64,000 nucleotides of DNA. Source: Octopus vulgaris. Its lineage: Eukaryota. Both the position numbers and the translations under genes were made by a program. Location of the stretch: positions 52,452,001 through 52,516,000 of the forward strand of contig OX597827.1 in assembly GCA_951406725.2 (NCBI GenBank), in the 5' to 3' direction. Within the stretch, counting starts at the first letter, position 1. Every line of letters begins with the position of its first letter. This document shows, in pieces, positions 12,301 to 23,329 of this stretch. Below the pieces are notes generated by a model. The model was given only the letters and a program-made list of their open reading frames with translations, made no database searches and was not told the origin of the DNA.

Positions 12301-15300
12301 TTACATTTGATCTGCCAAAGTCAAATGATCTTACAGATCACAACACTGAAGATCAGATGCTACTGCATCACATAATAGCAGATGTTAGTTGCTTTTATAA
12401 GGTCACAATGTTAGTTTAGAAGTGATGGGTATGTAAGCAAATAATAAAACTTACCAGAAAAGGCTGTAATAAACACTAATCCTGTAACACCAAAAGAAAA
12501 TTTACGAAGTCTCAACATCTGTAAGGTTTTAGGCATCTGAAAGCAAGAGAAATCAGACCTGTTTTACAACAAAGGATCAACAGAATTTCTTTTTTGAGCA
12601 ACAGTATATCAAAAGAATTTATGCCTAGCATTATGAACGTGTCTGCATATACACATGCACAATTTCTTTCTCTTAAGACATATACACACACACATGTATA
12701 TGTGTCTAGACATCTATTTATATTTCAATATTACTATGTCCTTGTATATGAATTGATTATCATGCTTTATTATTTATAATTACTATCATATAGCATATCC
12801 CATTATTTTGTCAGGAAAGAAGCAATTCTTTGCAAGCCCTTCCAAACTGGTGTGTTTAATGCAGTTGATGTTCAGCTTGAACTTCTGTACATTAGAAGAG
12901 AATTGTAGTTCCTTGGTGGATGAACAAACAAAACGTTTAATGCAGAGTTTGTCAGTGAAATAAGATATAAATGAGCTTGGGTGGACGTGTACATAGCTTG
13001 CTAGTTTTGAGGAACTTTTATAATAGCAGTAGAAGAGATAAATGGAAAAATAATGTACTTTTGAGTCACTGGTAGGATAGTGTTAGTGAGTTTTTGCCAA
13101 TCAATTGGATGACCTCTTTTTTTAAATGCATCCAAGGATAATTACGTATATTAACAGAGGCTCCCAAATATGTGAATTGCATTCGAGTTTGGTAGAAAAT
13201 CAAACAAGTGACAGTATTTTCTGATTTTAAAGAGGAATTCTAGTTTTGGCAAATTATGTATGTGAAGTCACCCATGAAAACCTATCAATGATTTTGAGGT
13301 TTAACATTTGTGGTAATGTGGAGGACTTTGTAAAGTAAAGGCTATTTTATGTCTATGTATAGTGATTAAATTTTGTGGTGTTGAAATATTGCTATGTCCT
13401 CAACAATGAAATTGATATGTGTTCAACAAAGGATTCTGGATTATCTGTTCATGGAAGCAGTGAAAGTTAGATATGGGTATTTCAAGTTCCTAGTGGATGA
13501 CACCTGTATGTGAATAGTAAAGGAGTGAAAGTTTTTGGTAAAATTAGGAACTACCAAGCTGGTGATGTATGCTGACAATAAATATTCTATGAGTCAATGA
13601 TGAAAGATAACAATTGTAGAGGGAAATTAAGAAAATTTTTCAAAAGCATAAGACCATTCACTTTATACATACCATTTGTCGGCTGTTGACATGGGACAGA
13701 CCTGACCAGAGGAACATGACATAAAGGAGAAAAGCTGAACTTAGATGTGCAGCAAGGCGGTACTGACTGACTCGAGGGATGTCAATATCTTCTTCCAAGC
13801 CGCTCTTAACCATGAACCAACCAAGGAAACCCTGGAGAGAAGAAAAAGCATCAAATATCTTAATGAAAAAAAGCAGTTAAACAGTCATGATAAAATTCTC
13901 TAAAACACACAAAAGAAAAGAATCACTTGAGAATGCAGAGTAGAAAGAGATCAATTATGTCAAACAGAAAGGATTAAGTATGCAAGACTGTGTGGTAAGA
14001 AGTCTGCTTCCCAACCATATGGTTTTGGGTTCAGTCCCACTTTGTGGAACCTTGGGCAAGTGTCTTCTACTACAGCTTTGGACCAACCAAAACCTTATGA
14101 ATGGATTTGGTAGACAGAAACTGAAAGAAGCCCATCATATATATATATATCTAAAATATAAATCCTGTTATGTATGTGTGTGTCATCATCATCATCATTT
14201 AACGTCCGTTCTCCATGCTAGCATGGGTTGGACGGTTCGATCGGGGATCTGGGAAGCCAGAAGGCTGCACCAGGCTCCGGTCTTATCTGGCAATGTGTGT
14301 GTGTGTGTGTAAAAGATTAAATGGCCGTAATTTTCAACTGATTTTCTCCAAACTGGGAACATACATTACTTATGTTCCAGAGATGGTTTTAGACTCTTAA
14401 TGAGTAACGGGCCTCCTGGGAGCAGAAAATACCTGTTCCTGAGTTACGTGTAGAAGAGAGGTAACTCTATGTGAGGTAACTTTCAGAAATTGTCTCCCTT
14501 ACATCCATTGGTCAAAAAATCTCATATAAAACAGAGATGTGTGTATTCACTTTTCATGTGTATCCCTCTCTATCAATATCTATCTATCTATCTATATGTA
14601 TCTATCTGTCTACATCCTATCTATTTATATCTTATTCATCTAACTAGCTACTCTCTCTCCCCCTCTCTATTGTTTTCATTTTCATTTTTCAGATGCTATT
14701 GTTTTCATTTTAAGTTTCCAATCGCTATTTACAAATAGCAACAAATTACTGACAGAAAGAAGTTCACAATTACTGATGAAAGTAATTTCATAAATAATTT
14801 ACTTACAGAAGTTACTTAATAAATTTCACTTCAATCTGTACACTTCATTAAATTGCCTACAAATTTCTTATTTACTTTTGCAACGTTTTGTGTCTTTTTT
14901 GCTGTTGATGGAATTACTGACAAAAGTAAGCTCATAACTTACTGACAGGAGTAATTTCAAAAATTTTACTTAAATCTGTACACTTAGTTAATCTTCAAAA
15001 AATGTTCTTATTTACTTTTGAAACGGTTTTGTCTTTTTCTGTTGTTAACTTTTTTTTGCTGGTTCCTTCGATACTGGCTCTTTGGTTCATTAAGTGACAA
15101 ATTTCGTTTCAACACATACAATCCTCTATTTTCCATAAAAATTTCTTATTTACTTTCTGCCTGTTGTATTAAGAAATATAATTTCCATTACCCAGTTATT
15201 TTCATTGTTTACTATCTTCTGCACCCGTGTATTTCTGTATATGTATATAACCATGCCTAGAAGGAAAGTGTCAAATTTGTCTACAATATCAAGGTAAGCC

Positions 15301-18300
15301 AAAAGAATGTCCAGGGAAAGGGAGACAGCTGCAGAAAAGGAAGCATACCAAGAAACAAACAGACTGTGCACTACAAAAGCCAGAGCATCTCAAAGTGATG
15401 AACAGAGGTATGCATGGCTGACAAGGAATAGGATCTTTACTGCAGAATGAAGAGCAGTTGCGACAACTCAGAGAAGCAACTTCAAAGAAGCAGCTTTCAA
15501 TTATGAAAGTTACAGTGAACAACACAGAGAGCAAGGTAGCTATCTGAATGAAGGGCTGCAATGTTTCGTGGAAGATTTAAAAAGAGAAATCCTGTATGTG
15601 TTTGGAAATAGGTTTGAATAGAAATTGGATTGCTACAAACACATTTAAAGAGCTGAATCTGTCATAGAAGAAACAACCATGGAGCATTGTATGAACGTTT
15701 TTAGTTAGCAAAAGTGTTTATCAATGAGGTATAAATGATAATTAACCTTGGTAAAAAACAAGAACTCACCTGGAAACCCAGGAGACCAGACAATAACAAA
15801 ACATGAGGTTTCATGCCAGCAGACAGCCAACCTTTCCTCCAGAAATAAGCAGCAGGTAATAAGAAGACCATGCCTGTCAAACGACCCCACATACGGTGTG
15901 CATACTCCATGTAGTAGATGAATTTGAAATCAGTTAGTGTCATTTCTCTCTGGTTGCTGACACTATGAAGAAATACTAATAGAATGTTAGATAAATAAAA
16001 ATAATAACCAAAATTGATAGGTTGGCAATGGTCAGTATTGATGATATATAAAATGGATGGAAATAAAACCTGAAAAGGGTAGATGGAGATAGAATGCTGA
16101 ATATAATAATAAACAGGAGAAAAAGACAAGAAGTAAAGGATATTAAGAGAAAATAATGATGATGTGGCCCTTTTGAAGATAAGCCAATAAACACAATGCA
16201 GTTTGTGTCCTAAAAAAACTGAAGTCATCACCTTCCCCTGCAGATGAAATGATTTGGACATTATTTGAAGCAGATGAGTAGAGGTGTCACCACTGCATGG
16301 ATTGTCTTTTTGCTTTTGAAGCCAATATTCATTCTGGCTTAAAAAATGTTCAAGGACACCAGCTAGATCTACCTAAAAAAATGTCAGATTTTCCTGTGAT
16401 GTGATCGGCCTGGTGCACTTTTGATTAGGTGTCAGAAGACATGGTACCCACTGAGCAGAATTCTTTGTCTTGCCAAGTTAACCATTAAGCAGAATATTCT
16501 CAACCCTCTCATTAGATATGCTAATAGGATTGGCTATTTGATTTAAAATCAATTGCTTGTCATCCATCACCATATGATGAACACAATATTCTTCAAGACT
16601 CTCTCTTACCTACCTAAATTCAGTTGCCCACTTTAGCCCTGTTGATAAAACTGAAAAGCCATCCTCTAATGTAGCAAGTATGTCAATATGAATGTCCTTG
16701 GGGACTAAACCCTTTTTTCTGCAGGTACTTGATAACTCCACAACACCAAATTTTGTCCATTTTCAAGAGAAGTTGTTACTAGTTACTTTTGAAGTTTTCT
16801 TTGAACAGACAGGTGTGAGTTTAACTGGAAAGAAACAATTTAGTTATAAGAAGAATTGAAATTAATGCATGCAAAATTTCACAGCTCTAGCATCATTTCA
16901 TAGTCAGCCTATGGACTTTTCTGCCCACCCTCGTATTTTATTGATTCCAAAAGTATGAAAAGCAAAGTCAATCGCAGTAGAATTTGAACTCAGAATGAAA
17001 AACCAGACAAAATGCCACAAAACATTTTGGTTTCAAATTTTGGTACACAGCCAGCAAGTGCATGGGAGGGGGCTAATCGATAATCATCAACCTCAGACTG
17101 GTACTTATTTTATCGTTTCCAAAAGAATGAAAGGTAAAGTTGACATTGGCAAAATTTGGACTCAGAACACAACAATGGACAAAAAGCATTTTGCCTGGAA
17201 TGCTAACGACTTTGTCTACTTATTCAGAATGGATAATAATAAAGAGAATATCTAGGAGTGAAAATTTGTTCTTCTCTAACAAAACAGATTATATTTTGTA
17301 GATCTAATGTGTGTGTGTGTGTCTTGCAGACTACATAGAAACCTCACCAGTGCTGGTGACATGAAAAAAGAACTCAATAAATGCTGTGTTTGTATGGCGA
17401 AAATGAACAAAAAAATGTATAATTACGTTTATGATGGGAGTTATGTCCCCTACCAAAATTGTGGAAAAAAATAATAAAATAAGTGTAGCTGTCACAATAG
17501 TATTAAGCAAATAATTAAGGCTATGTGAGCTGGTAAAATTGTTAGCACACTGGGCAAAATTCTTGGCAGCATTTTGTCCAAGTGTATGTTCTCAGTTCAA
17601 ATTCTGTCACGGTCGACTTTGCTGTTCATACTTTGGAGATCGATAAAATAAGTACCAGTTGAGAACTGGCAACGATGTGATCAACTTACTGCTTCCTTGA
17701 AATTGCTAGCCTTGTGCCAAAACTCGAAAGCAATATTAAGCAAATACTTACTGTTTGTATTCGGGAAAGGTCTTATAGCGCTCAAACTCTGCAATCCATT
17801 CTTCTTGGCTGCTAGGTGGTTTCATGTCTTTCAACAGTTTCCAATCAACCATTGACAAACCTGATTCTGTCAAACTGAAACCATTAATAGTATAGTTTAA
17901 AACAAAACAGACAAGTGGAAATTGTTTTGAAATATGTTAAGTAAAATCTTCAGTCATTTCCTTTTCCCTATTTACATCAACTCATACGTATCAACCCTAC
18001 CCAATTTTTACAGTTGTCGCATACTCTTCCTCATCTCAACTTATCACCCTTCAACACTTATTTATTATATCCATCCTCTTACCCATTCCCTGTCTCTAAC
18101 CACTCTCACTCTCCCATACTCTTGTAACCTCTACACACACACTTCTCCCACTTCTACTCACCTCATATCTTGAGTTTACAGCCCAACATCTCATCACTAC
18201 AATTTTATCTTCATCCCAGCCACTCTCATCCTCTCTTCTATACTATAAAGTGATAGCCATGTAGCTGCTCTACAGCAAGAAATCTGTTCAGGTCCTGTCT

Positions 18301-21300
18301 CTCACAGTTTAACACTTCATCCCCAAGCATAAAGCTACCTCCCTTTCAACAATAGCCTCACTAAGTTGATGGAAATCTGTCTTGCAGGCTACATAGTAAC
18401 CTCACCAGTGTTGGTGACATGAAAAAAAGAACTCAATAAATGCTGTAAAGTGGTTGGCATTAGGAAGGGCATCCAGTCATAAAAGTCCTGCCAAAGCAGA
18501 CACTGAAGTATGATGTGGACTTATTCTGTCAAACCATCCAATCAATGCCTCTATAGAACATCGACATATGATGACAATGAAAGGGGTTAGCTGCTTCGCC
18601 TCTAGAGCACAAACAGTTGACTTAAAAGGGTTAAATACCAGAGATATTTTTGTATAAAAATGTGTATGGAAATCTAGGTGCAGGTGTAGGTGTGTGTTAA
18701 GAAGCTTGCTTACAACCACATGGTTCCAGTTTCAGTTCCACTGTGTGGCACCTTAACAGGTGTTTTCTACTACAGTTTCAGGCCAATCAAAGCCTTGTGA
18801 GTGGATTTGGTAGAGAGAGACTGAAGGAAACCTGTCATTAATTTTATATATATAATTAATAAGTTTGTAAATGAAGAGATTCAATGGATATAAATTAATT
18901 TATTGATTAATTAACATTGCCTACAATTTTGCCCTGAAGATCTTCCACCCAAGATACTCAAAATGCAAACTTATTATATATGCTTTGTAATTTAAATTGG
19001 GTGTGAAGTGAAACAATTGTAGGCAATGTTAATTAATTAATTGATATCCATTGACTCTCTCCCTTTTCAAACTTATTAATATTTGATGTTTTATAATATA
19101 TTTATTGCAGAAATACCTCTTCAAAATATAATATAATTAAACCACAGTATCTTGGATGAAACTATCCCTGTAAGAGGTTTAAATATCCTCATAGTGATAA
19201 TACATATATGTATGTATGTATGTATGTGTGTACGTACGTACGTACATATACATGTATATGTGTGTGTCTGTGTTTGGCTCCCACCACCATTTGACAACCA
19301 GTGTTGGTGTGTTTATGTCCCTATAACTTAGTGTCTCAGCAAAAGAGACTGACAGAATAAGTACTAGGCTTAAAAAGAAACAGTCCTGGGATTGATTTGT
19401 TCAACTAAAATCTTTCATGGCTGTGCTCCAGTATAGCTGCAGTCAAATGACTGAAACAATTCAGTGTTTTAGTCATAACTTTAAAGTCTTACTTAATAAC
19501 TAAAAGATTTAATTCATAATTTTAGCATGTAGATATTAACAGTTATTTTAGTTTGTTGTAATTAATTTTAGAATCTTAATAAAAAAGTCAATAGGTAATT
19601 AAACAAGCAACTTCCAATGGTTGAATTCATTATAATGCCCTGGAAGGATAGAAGACAAAGTCGACTTTGGTGTTTAAAGCATTTAACAGAAAGTTTTTAA
19701 TTTTAGCATTTTGTAAATGTTTTCAGCATTTAATAATTTTAACAAAGTTTGCCTTCAACTTCAGTGTTTTAGTCATGACTTTAAAGTCCAACTTAATAAC
19801 TAAAAGATTTAATTCATAATTTTAGCATGTAGATATTAACAGTTATTTTAGTTTGTAGTAATTAACTTTAGAATCTTAACAAAAATATTTCATACTTAAA
19901 TAATACTTGTCACAGGAGTGGCTGTGTGGTAAGTAGCTTGTTTACCAACCACATGATTCTAGGTTCAGTCCCACTGCGTGGCACCTTGGGCAAGTGTCTT
20001 CTACTATAGCCTCGGGCCGACCAAAGCCTTGTGAGTGGATTTGGTAGACGGAAACTGAAAGAAGCCTGTCATATATATGTATATATATGTATATGCGTGT
20101 GTGTGTTTGTGTGTCCGTGTTTGTCCCCCTAGCATTGCTTGACAACCGATGCTGGTGTGTTTGTGTCCCTGTTACTTAGCGGTTCGGCAAAAGAGACCGA
20201 TAGAATAAGTACTGGGCTTACAAAAGAATAAGTCCCAGGGTCGAGTTGCTCGATTAAAGGCGGTGCTCCAGCATGGCCGCAGTCAAATGACTGAAACAAG
20301 TAAAAGAGTAGAGTATGCTTAGTCTTCAGTCGGGGAGATGGTGGTTATAGAAGTGAATAACAAATAACTCTGGACAATGGAGGGGAATAATTGGCAGTTT
20401 ATAATAATAATAATAGTTTAAGAAGAGAAGAGACAGATGGGGACAAAACACAGAAGAAACTTCAATTCTTAATTTTGAGTGAATTTCCCAAAGAGCAACT
20501 TTGCAGAACATTCTGTTGGAATATTCCTATCACCTGCCAAAGACCAACATGCTTACCGTGTTACACCACCCAATATGACGGCTCCAAAAACCATTCCAGC
20601 ACAGCCAAAGAGCCATTTGCCAACAATCTTCTGTGAATTGAGAGGTATGCTTGATTCAATCCGGGCAGCTACAGTGCTGTGAACTCGCTGGCCAAAAATT
20701 CTGGAGTTTTTTGGGTTCCATGGGTACCACTTCCTCTGCAACATAGATGAATAATGTAGTTCATGATATATGAATTACTAACACAGTGCTATTGCTACAA
20801 CTACTGTGACTAATACAATTTCAAACACCTTTACTATCATTACTACTACTATTACCAGAATTATCCACTGTACATTGTTGAAATGTGACAGCTAAATAAA
20901 ATCTGTAAGAATCTACTTTTTTTCTTCTGTTAATTCATTTGGTGCACACAGTCCCATGAAATTTTAATTAATCTATTAATACTAATAATCAATGCATCCA
21001 TTACACCTATCAATAACAGAGTTTCAGATCAGAATGCCCACATATAAGTTGGATTTTCCTCGTTTTGAAGGGTATTTTTTCACCACAGCCTGTGAAATGA
21101 TGGCAGGAAAATTTGATTTGTTTCCAGCCCCTCCCCTACCTTTCCTCTCCACCCAAACCGATTTTGGCCAGTTTTTTGGCACTTACACACTTAAAAACGA
21201 TGGTAGAAGCCTTTTTGGTAAAAAAGGAAACTTTTTGAAAGTATTTTTGGTAGAAAAGGTATGTGATTTAAGGGAGATTTAGCTATTGTTTCTAGCACAT

Positions 21301-23329
21301 CCTTCAACCTTCCTCATCCCTTTGTCACTGACATGTATTGATATTTTTCAACATGAACAAGTTGTATGGAATGGTGGTCCATTGATGGGATTTAAGCAAC
21401 AAAAATAAATTTGTAATTTAAATTTTTAACCCCTTCCTCCTGCAGTAAGTGAGTCCATGTGTAAGAAAAAACATGTTTTCTAACAAAAAAGTATGCTATT
21501 AAAATAAATTATCTTTTACATATGTTTTTAAAATCATTGTGGAAAAATCTCAGCAATGACTTTTTCAGGCCCTCCAAAGTTTTAAAATTATATAATGAAA
21601 CAAATGGAGGGCAGAGGATCATAAATTTTCAATTTTTTTTTTCTAGTTTCCATAATATATACTTTTCTGTATATAAATGTTTTTTCTTATACAAACGCAC
21701 ACGGACTCGCTTGGTGCCGAGGGGTGGGTGAAGAAACGCGGAAGGTACAAGATGGTCGTAGGATGTGCTAGAAACAACAGCTAAATCTTCCTTAAATTAC
21801 ACACCTTTTCTCCTGAAAATATTTTCAAAATTTTTAAATTCTTACCGAAAAGGCTTCTCCCATTGTTTTTAAGTGCGTAATGAGAGAGAAAGAAAAAGAC
21901 CAAAATCAGTCCGGATTGGATGAGAAGAGAAGGTGGGATAAAAAAAAAAAAAATTATAAATTCTCCAAATTTTCTTTTCACGAAAAGCTTTGCTCCCATC
22001 ATTTCGAAGGCTGTGGTTAAAAAGAAAAATCGGAAAAATTCCCTTTCAAAACGGAGAAAATTCAACTGATGTGATGTCCTGATCCGAAACTCCGCCTGTA
22101 ACATTTACCCATTACGCATGAACACACAAACGATGGGCTACTACATTTTCTGCCTAAGTTCACTCACAAAGCATTGACCGGTCTGGGGCTATCGTAGGAG
22201 ACACTTGTTCAATGTGCCGCACACTGAACCCCAAATTATGTGGTAGCAAATAAAGTTTCTTAACGAGTCACACCTTCACATTTATTATTCTTGAACAACA
22301 TACATAGCGTATCATTTCAAGTTATGCAACTTCATCTCAAGTCATACAATTTCAAGTTATATAACTCCATCTCAAGTCATACAATTTCAAGTTATATAAC
22401 TTCATCTCAAGTTATATAATTTCTTACAATTACACAAAGTATTCAATGTTATATGAAAAGGGAAATATAAAAGTGACATTTGTATACTTCTGATGTTTTT
22501 GTCAACTATATTCCGAATTTTTGTCATAACACCTCGCAAATACATAATTGTAAAATATTGACAAAAAAGCAATTGTAACACAAATTTAGTAATTATGATT
22601 TGTCGAATAAAATAAATAAAATTTGCGGTTAATTAAACGAAAGTGTTGAGAATAAAAGCAGTAATTTCCTATTATATCGTACTTGTAAGCATTTATTCGT
22701 TTCGGTCGTTCGGGATAACAAAGTTAATTTTGTACATAACTTAAAGTGTCATTTACACACGCAAGCAACAGAGCAACCGGTGTTTAAGCAATGATTATGA
22801 AATCACACTATAAACGAATTTAATTGACCTTAGTGATTTAGGTCTCATTTTAATTCTTGCACTTATATATCCCGGAATCGAAATATCGCCGTAATATATT
22901 TTATACGCAATCATAGAGGTACAATTAAGTTAATGCATGATGTTCTCTTTTGACAATACCCTGTAAGAATCTGGTAGACGTGAACTGTTAATGCCCGTCG
23001 TATATGTATGTTTATATTTACCTAGTGGTTTGTCAAAAAAAAAAAAGCGCTTATGGATTAGATAAATATAGATCAATAAAATAAGTACGGGAATTCGACG
23101 TGAGCACCTTAAACCTCAGCATGCCCAGTGATATTACGAAAAAAATATAACTTACCAGAAACTGAAATGGCGTTTGTTTATGAAAAATATTCACTTTAGG
23201 TGTGTTCTTGTAGTGAGAAATAACTGTTCTCCCTGTGAAATCTATTTGTGTTTGATTTTTTCCCAAATTTAGAATGTATTTCCTGCAACATAGTGGAGTA
23301 CGACGACATAAAAACACCGCAGCCGACAT
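6186..23329 (-). CDS. COX15: Heme A synthase COX15, spliced CDS join(23329-23156,20735-20557,17874-17752,15962[or 15956]-15770,13831-13673,12536-12455,11909-11755,7425-7312,6317-6186)
   Basis: Nine exons with GT-AG junctions and consistent phases give a continuous 436-aa (or 434-aa) ORF. It has the COX15/CtaA motifs [49 protein letters not shown] and ATHQ. Exon sizes 123/187/82/155/114/132 match the vertebrate gene as recalled. Confidence 0.96.
6400..7210 (+). mobile_element. 5' fragment of an R4/Dong-like non-LTR element in COX15 intron 8, interrupted by a SINE
   Basis: [14 protein letters not shown] ... [31 protein letters not shown] resembles the conserved N-terminal block of R4-clade ORFs. 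Confidence 0.55.
6878..7108 (+). mobile_element. Full-length tRNA-derived SINE (family A, Meta-like central domain) with 11-bp TSD; other copies at 17518-17730(+), 24361-24587(-), 45290-45460(-), 61428-61600(+), 63400-63820
   Basis: GGCGGCGAGCTGGCAGAA (A box), B-box-like GAGATCAAATTCC, then GCCTTTCATCCTTTCGGGGTCGATAAATTAAGTACCAG; flanked by AATAAAACTAA at 6866-6876 and 7109-7119. Confidence 0.88.
7312..7425 (-). CDS. COX15: COX15 coding exon 8
   Basis: aacag|[38 protein letters not shown]|GTCAGT; 114 nt. Confidence 0.92.
8545..8917. mobile_element. Foldback MITE, Tc1/mariner-like
   Basis: Imperfect TIRs of about 160 bp (TA|CAGTTGGACATT...AATTCTCAGC and GCTGAGAATT...AATGTCCAGCCG) around a spacer of about 55 bp. 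Confidence 0.75.
9067..9600 (+). mobile_element. Penelope-like pseudo-LTR with inverted partial copy and a hammerhead motif
   Basis: 96-bp inverted repeat at 9067-9162 and 9225-9320; hammerhead-like motif at 9486-9524; ends in (TA)n. Confidence 0.55.
9486..9524 (+). ncRNA. Minimal type-I hammerhead ribozyme motif (U4C variant)
   Basis: GTCT-CCGATGA-(weak stem II)-GAAAC-AGCT-GTA-AGAC: stem I GTCT/AGAC, palindromic helix III ACAGCTGT. Confidence 0.6.
9685..10082 (-). mobile_element. Non-autonomous Helitron
   Basis: On the minus strand A|TC...CCCGAGCAACGCCGGG hairpin...CTAG|T; near-identical to 24820-25219. Confidence 0.85.
10195..10990 (+). mobile_element. piggyBac-like element 5' portion (other end not found)
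   Basis: TTAA|CCCTTTCGTTAC start; CpG-richer than its flanks; right boundary approximate. Confidence 0.4.
11755..11909 (-). CDS. COX15: COX15 coding exon 7
   Basis: atcag|[26 protein letters not shown]...[12 protein letters not shown]|GTAAG; 155 nt. Confidence 0.96.
12455..12536 (-). CDS. COX15: COX15 coding exon 6
   Basis: tttcag|[28 protein letters not shown]|GTAAG; 82 nt. Confidence 0.93.
12830..13620 (-). mobile_element. CR1/L2-type LINE RT relic
   Basis: Degenerate RT C-terminal motifs on the minus strand with many stops. Confidence 0.45.
13673..13831 (-). CDS. COX15: COX15 coding exon 5
   Basis: ctccag|[53 protein letters not shown]|GTATGT; 159 nt. Confidence 0.95.
14150..15530 (+). 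mobile_element. Truncated Helitron 5' part with decayed Rep/Hel N-terminus (ATG 15253)
   Basis: A|TCTAAAATATAAATCCTG start within (TA)n. [24 protein letters not shown]...[10 protein letters not shown]...AAFNYES resembles Helitron N-terminal repeats; two stops. Confidence 0.6.
15770..15962 (-). CDS. COX15: COX15 coding exon 4 (alternative in-frame acceptor at 15956)
   Basis: [28 protein letters not shown]...LLGFQ|GTGAG. Confidence 0.93.
17752..17874 (-). CDS. COX15: COX15 coding exon 3
   Basis: tttcag|[43 protein letters not shown]|GTAAGT; 123 nt; not in the ORF track. Confidence 0.95.
18855..19200 (+). mobile_element. Penelope-like pseudo-LTR fragment (inverted arms about 18857-18928 and 19015-19078) nested in a CORE-SINE (about 18680-19460)
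   Basis: An inverted duplication flanks the hammerhead; SINE head upstream and SINE tail downstream. Confidence 0.55.
18929..19026 (+). ncRNA. Type-I hammerhead ribozyme motif with intact core
   Basis: TTGCC-CTGAAGA-stem II (CTTCCACCCAA/TTGGGTGTGAAG)-GAAAC-AATT-GTA-GGCAA; palindromic helix III ACAATTGT. Confidence 0.7.
19460..19885 (+). repeat. Direct duplication of about 125 bp (19460-19585 and 19760-19885)
   Basis: TTCAGTGTTTTAGTCAT...TAGAATCTTAA repeated with few mismatches, 300 bp apart. Confidence 0.85.
19915..20315 (+). mobile_element. Full-length tRNA-derived CORE-SINE (family B; resembles octopus OR-type SINEs); other copies at 13980-14150, 18680, 41210-41500, 42520-42910(-), 43960-44130
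   Basis: A box TGGCTGTGTGG, B box GGTTCAGTCCC, CORE-like GTGGCACCTTGGGCAAGTG, internal (TA/TG)n, tail GACTGAAACAAGTAAAAGA. Confidence 0.85.
20557..20735 (-). CDS. COX15: COX15 coding exon 2
   Basis: tgcag|AGG ... [26 protein letters not shown]|GTAAG; 179 nt. Confidence 0.93.
21016..22098. mobile_element. DNA transposon/MITE with about 300-bp diverged terminal inverted repeats (COX15 intron 1)
   Basis: 21016-21315 is the reverse complement of about 21748-22098 (for example GATTTAGCTATTGTTTCTAGCACATCC versus GGATGTGCTAGAAACAACAGCTAAATC); right end GCCTG|TA. Confidence 0.7.
22315..22422. repeat. Minisatellite with a unit of about 35 bp
   Basis: TTTCAAGTTATATAACTTCATCTCAAGTCATACAA about 3 times. 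Confidence 0.8.
23156..23329 (-). CDS. COX15: COX15 coding exon 1 (putative mitochondrial presequence [17 protein letters not shown]...)
   Basis: ATG in GCCAAGATG context; 58 codons, R/K-rich and acid-poor; ends CTG|GTAAG, phase 0, matching exon 2. The N-terminus is poorly conserved, so this exon is less certain. Confidence 0.75.

Noticed and set aside
15701-16261. 186-aa ORF as a standalone gene
   Set aside because: Only 15770-15962 is coding (COX15 exon 4); the rest is intronic read-through.
22315-22422. Regularly spaced repeats of about 35 bp resembling a CRISPR array
   Set aside because: No unique spacers; an ordinary eukaryotic minisatellite with no cas genes.
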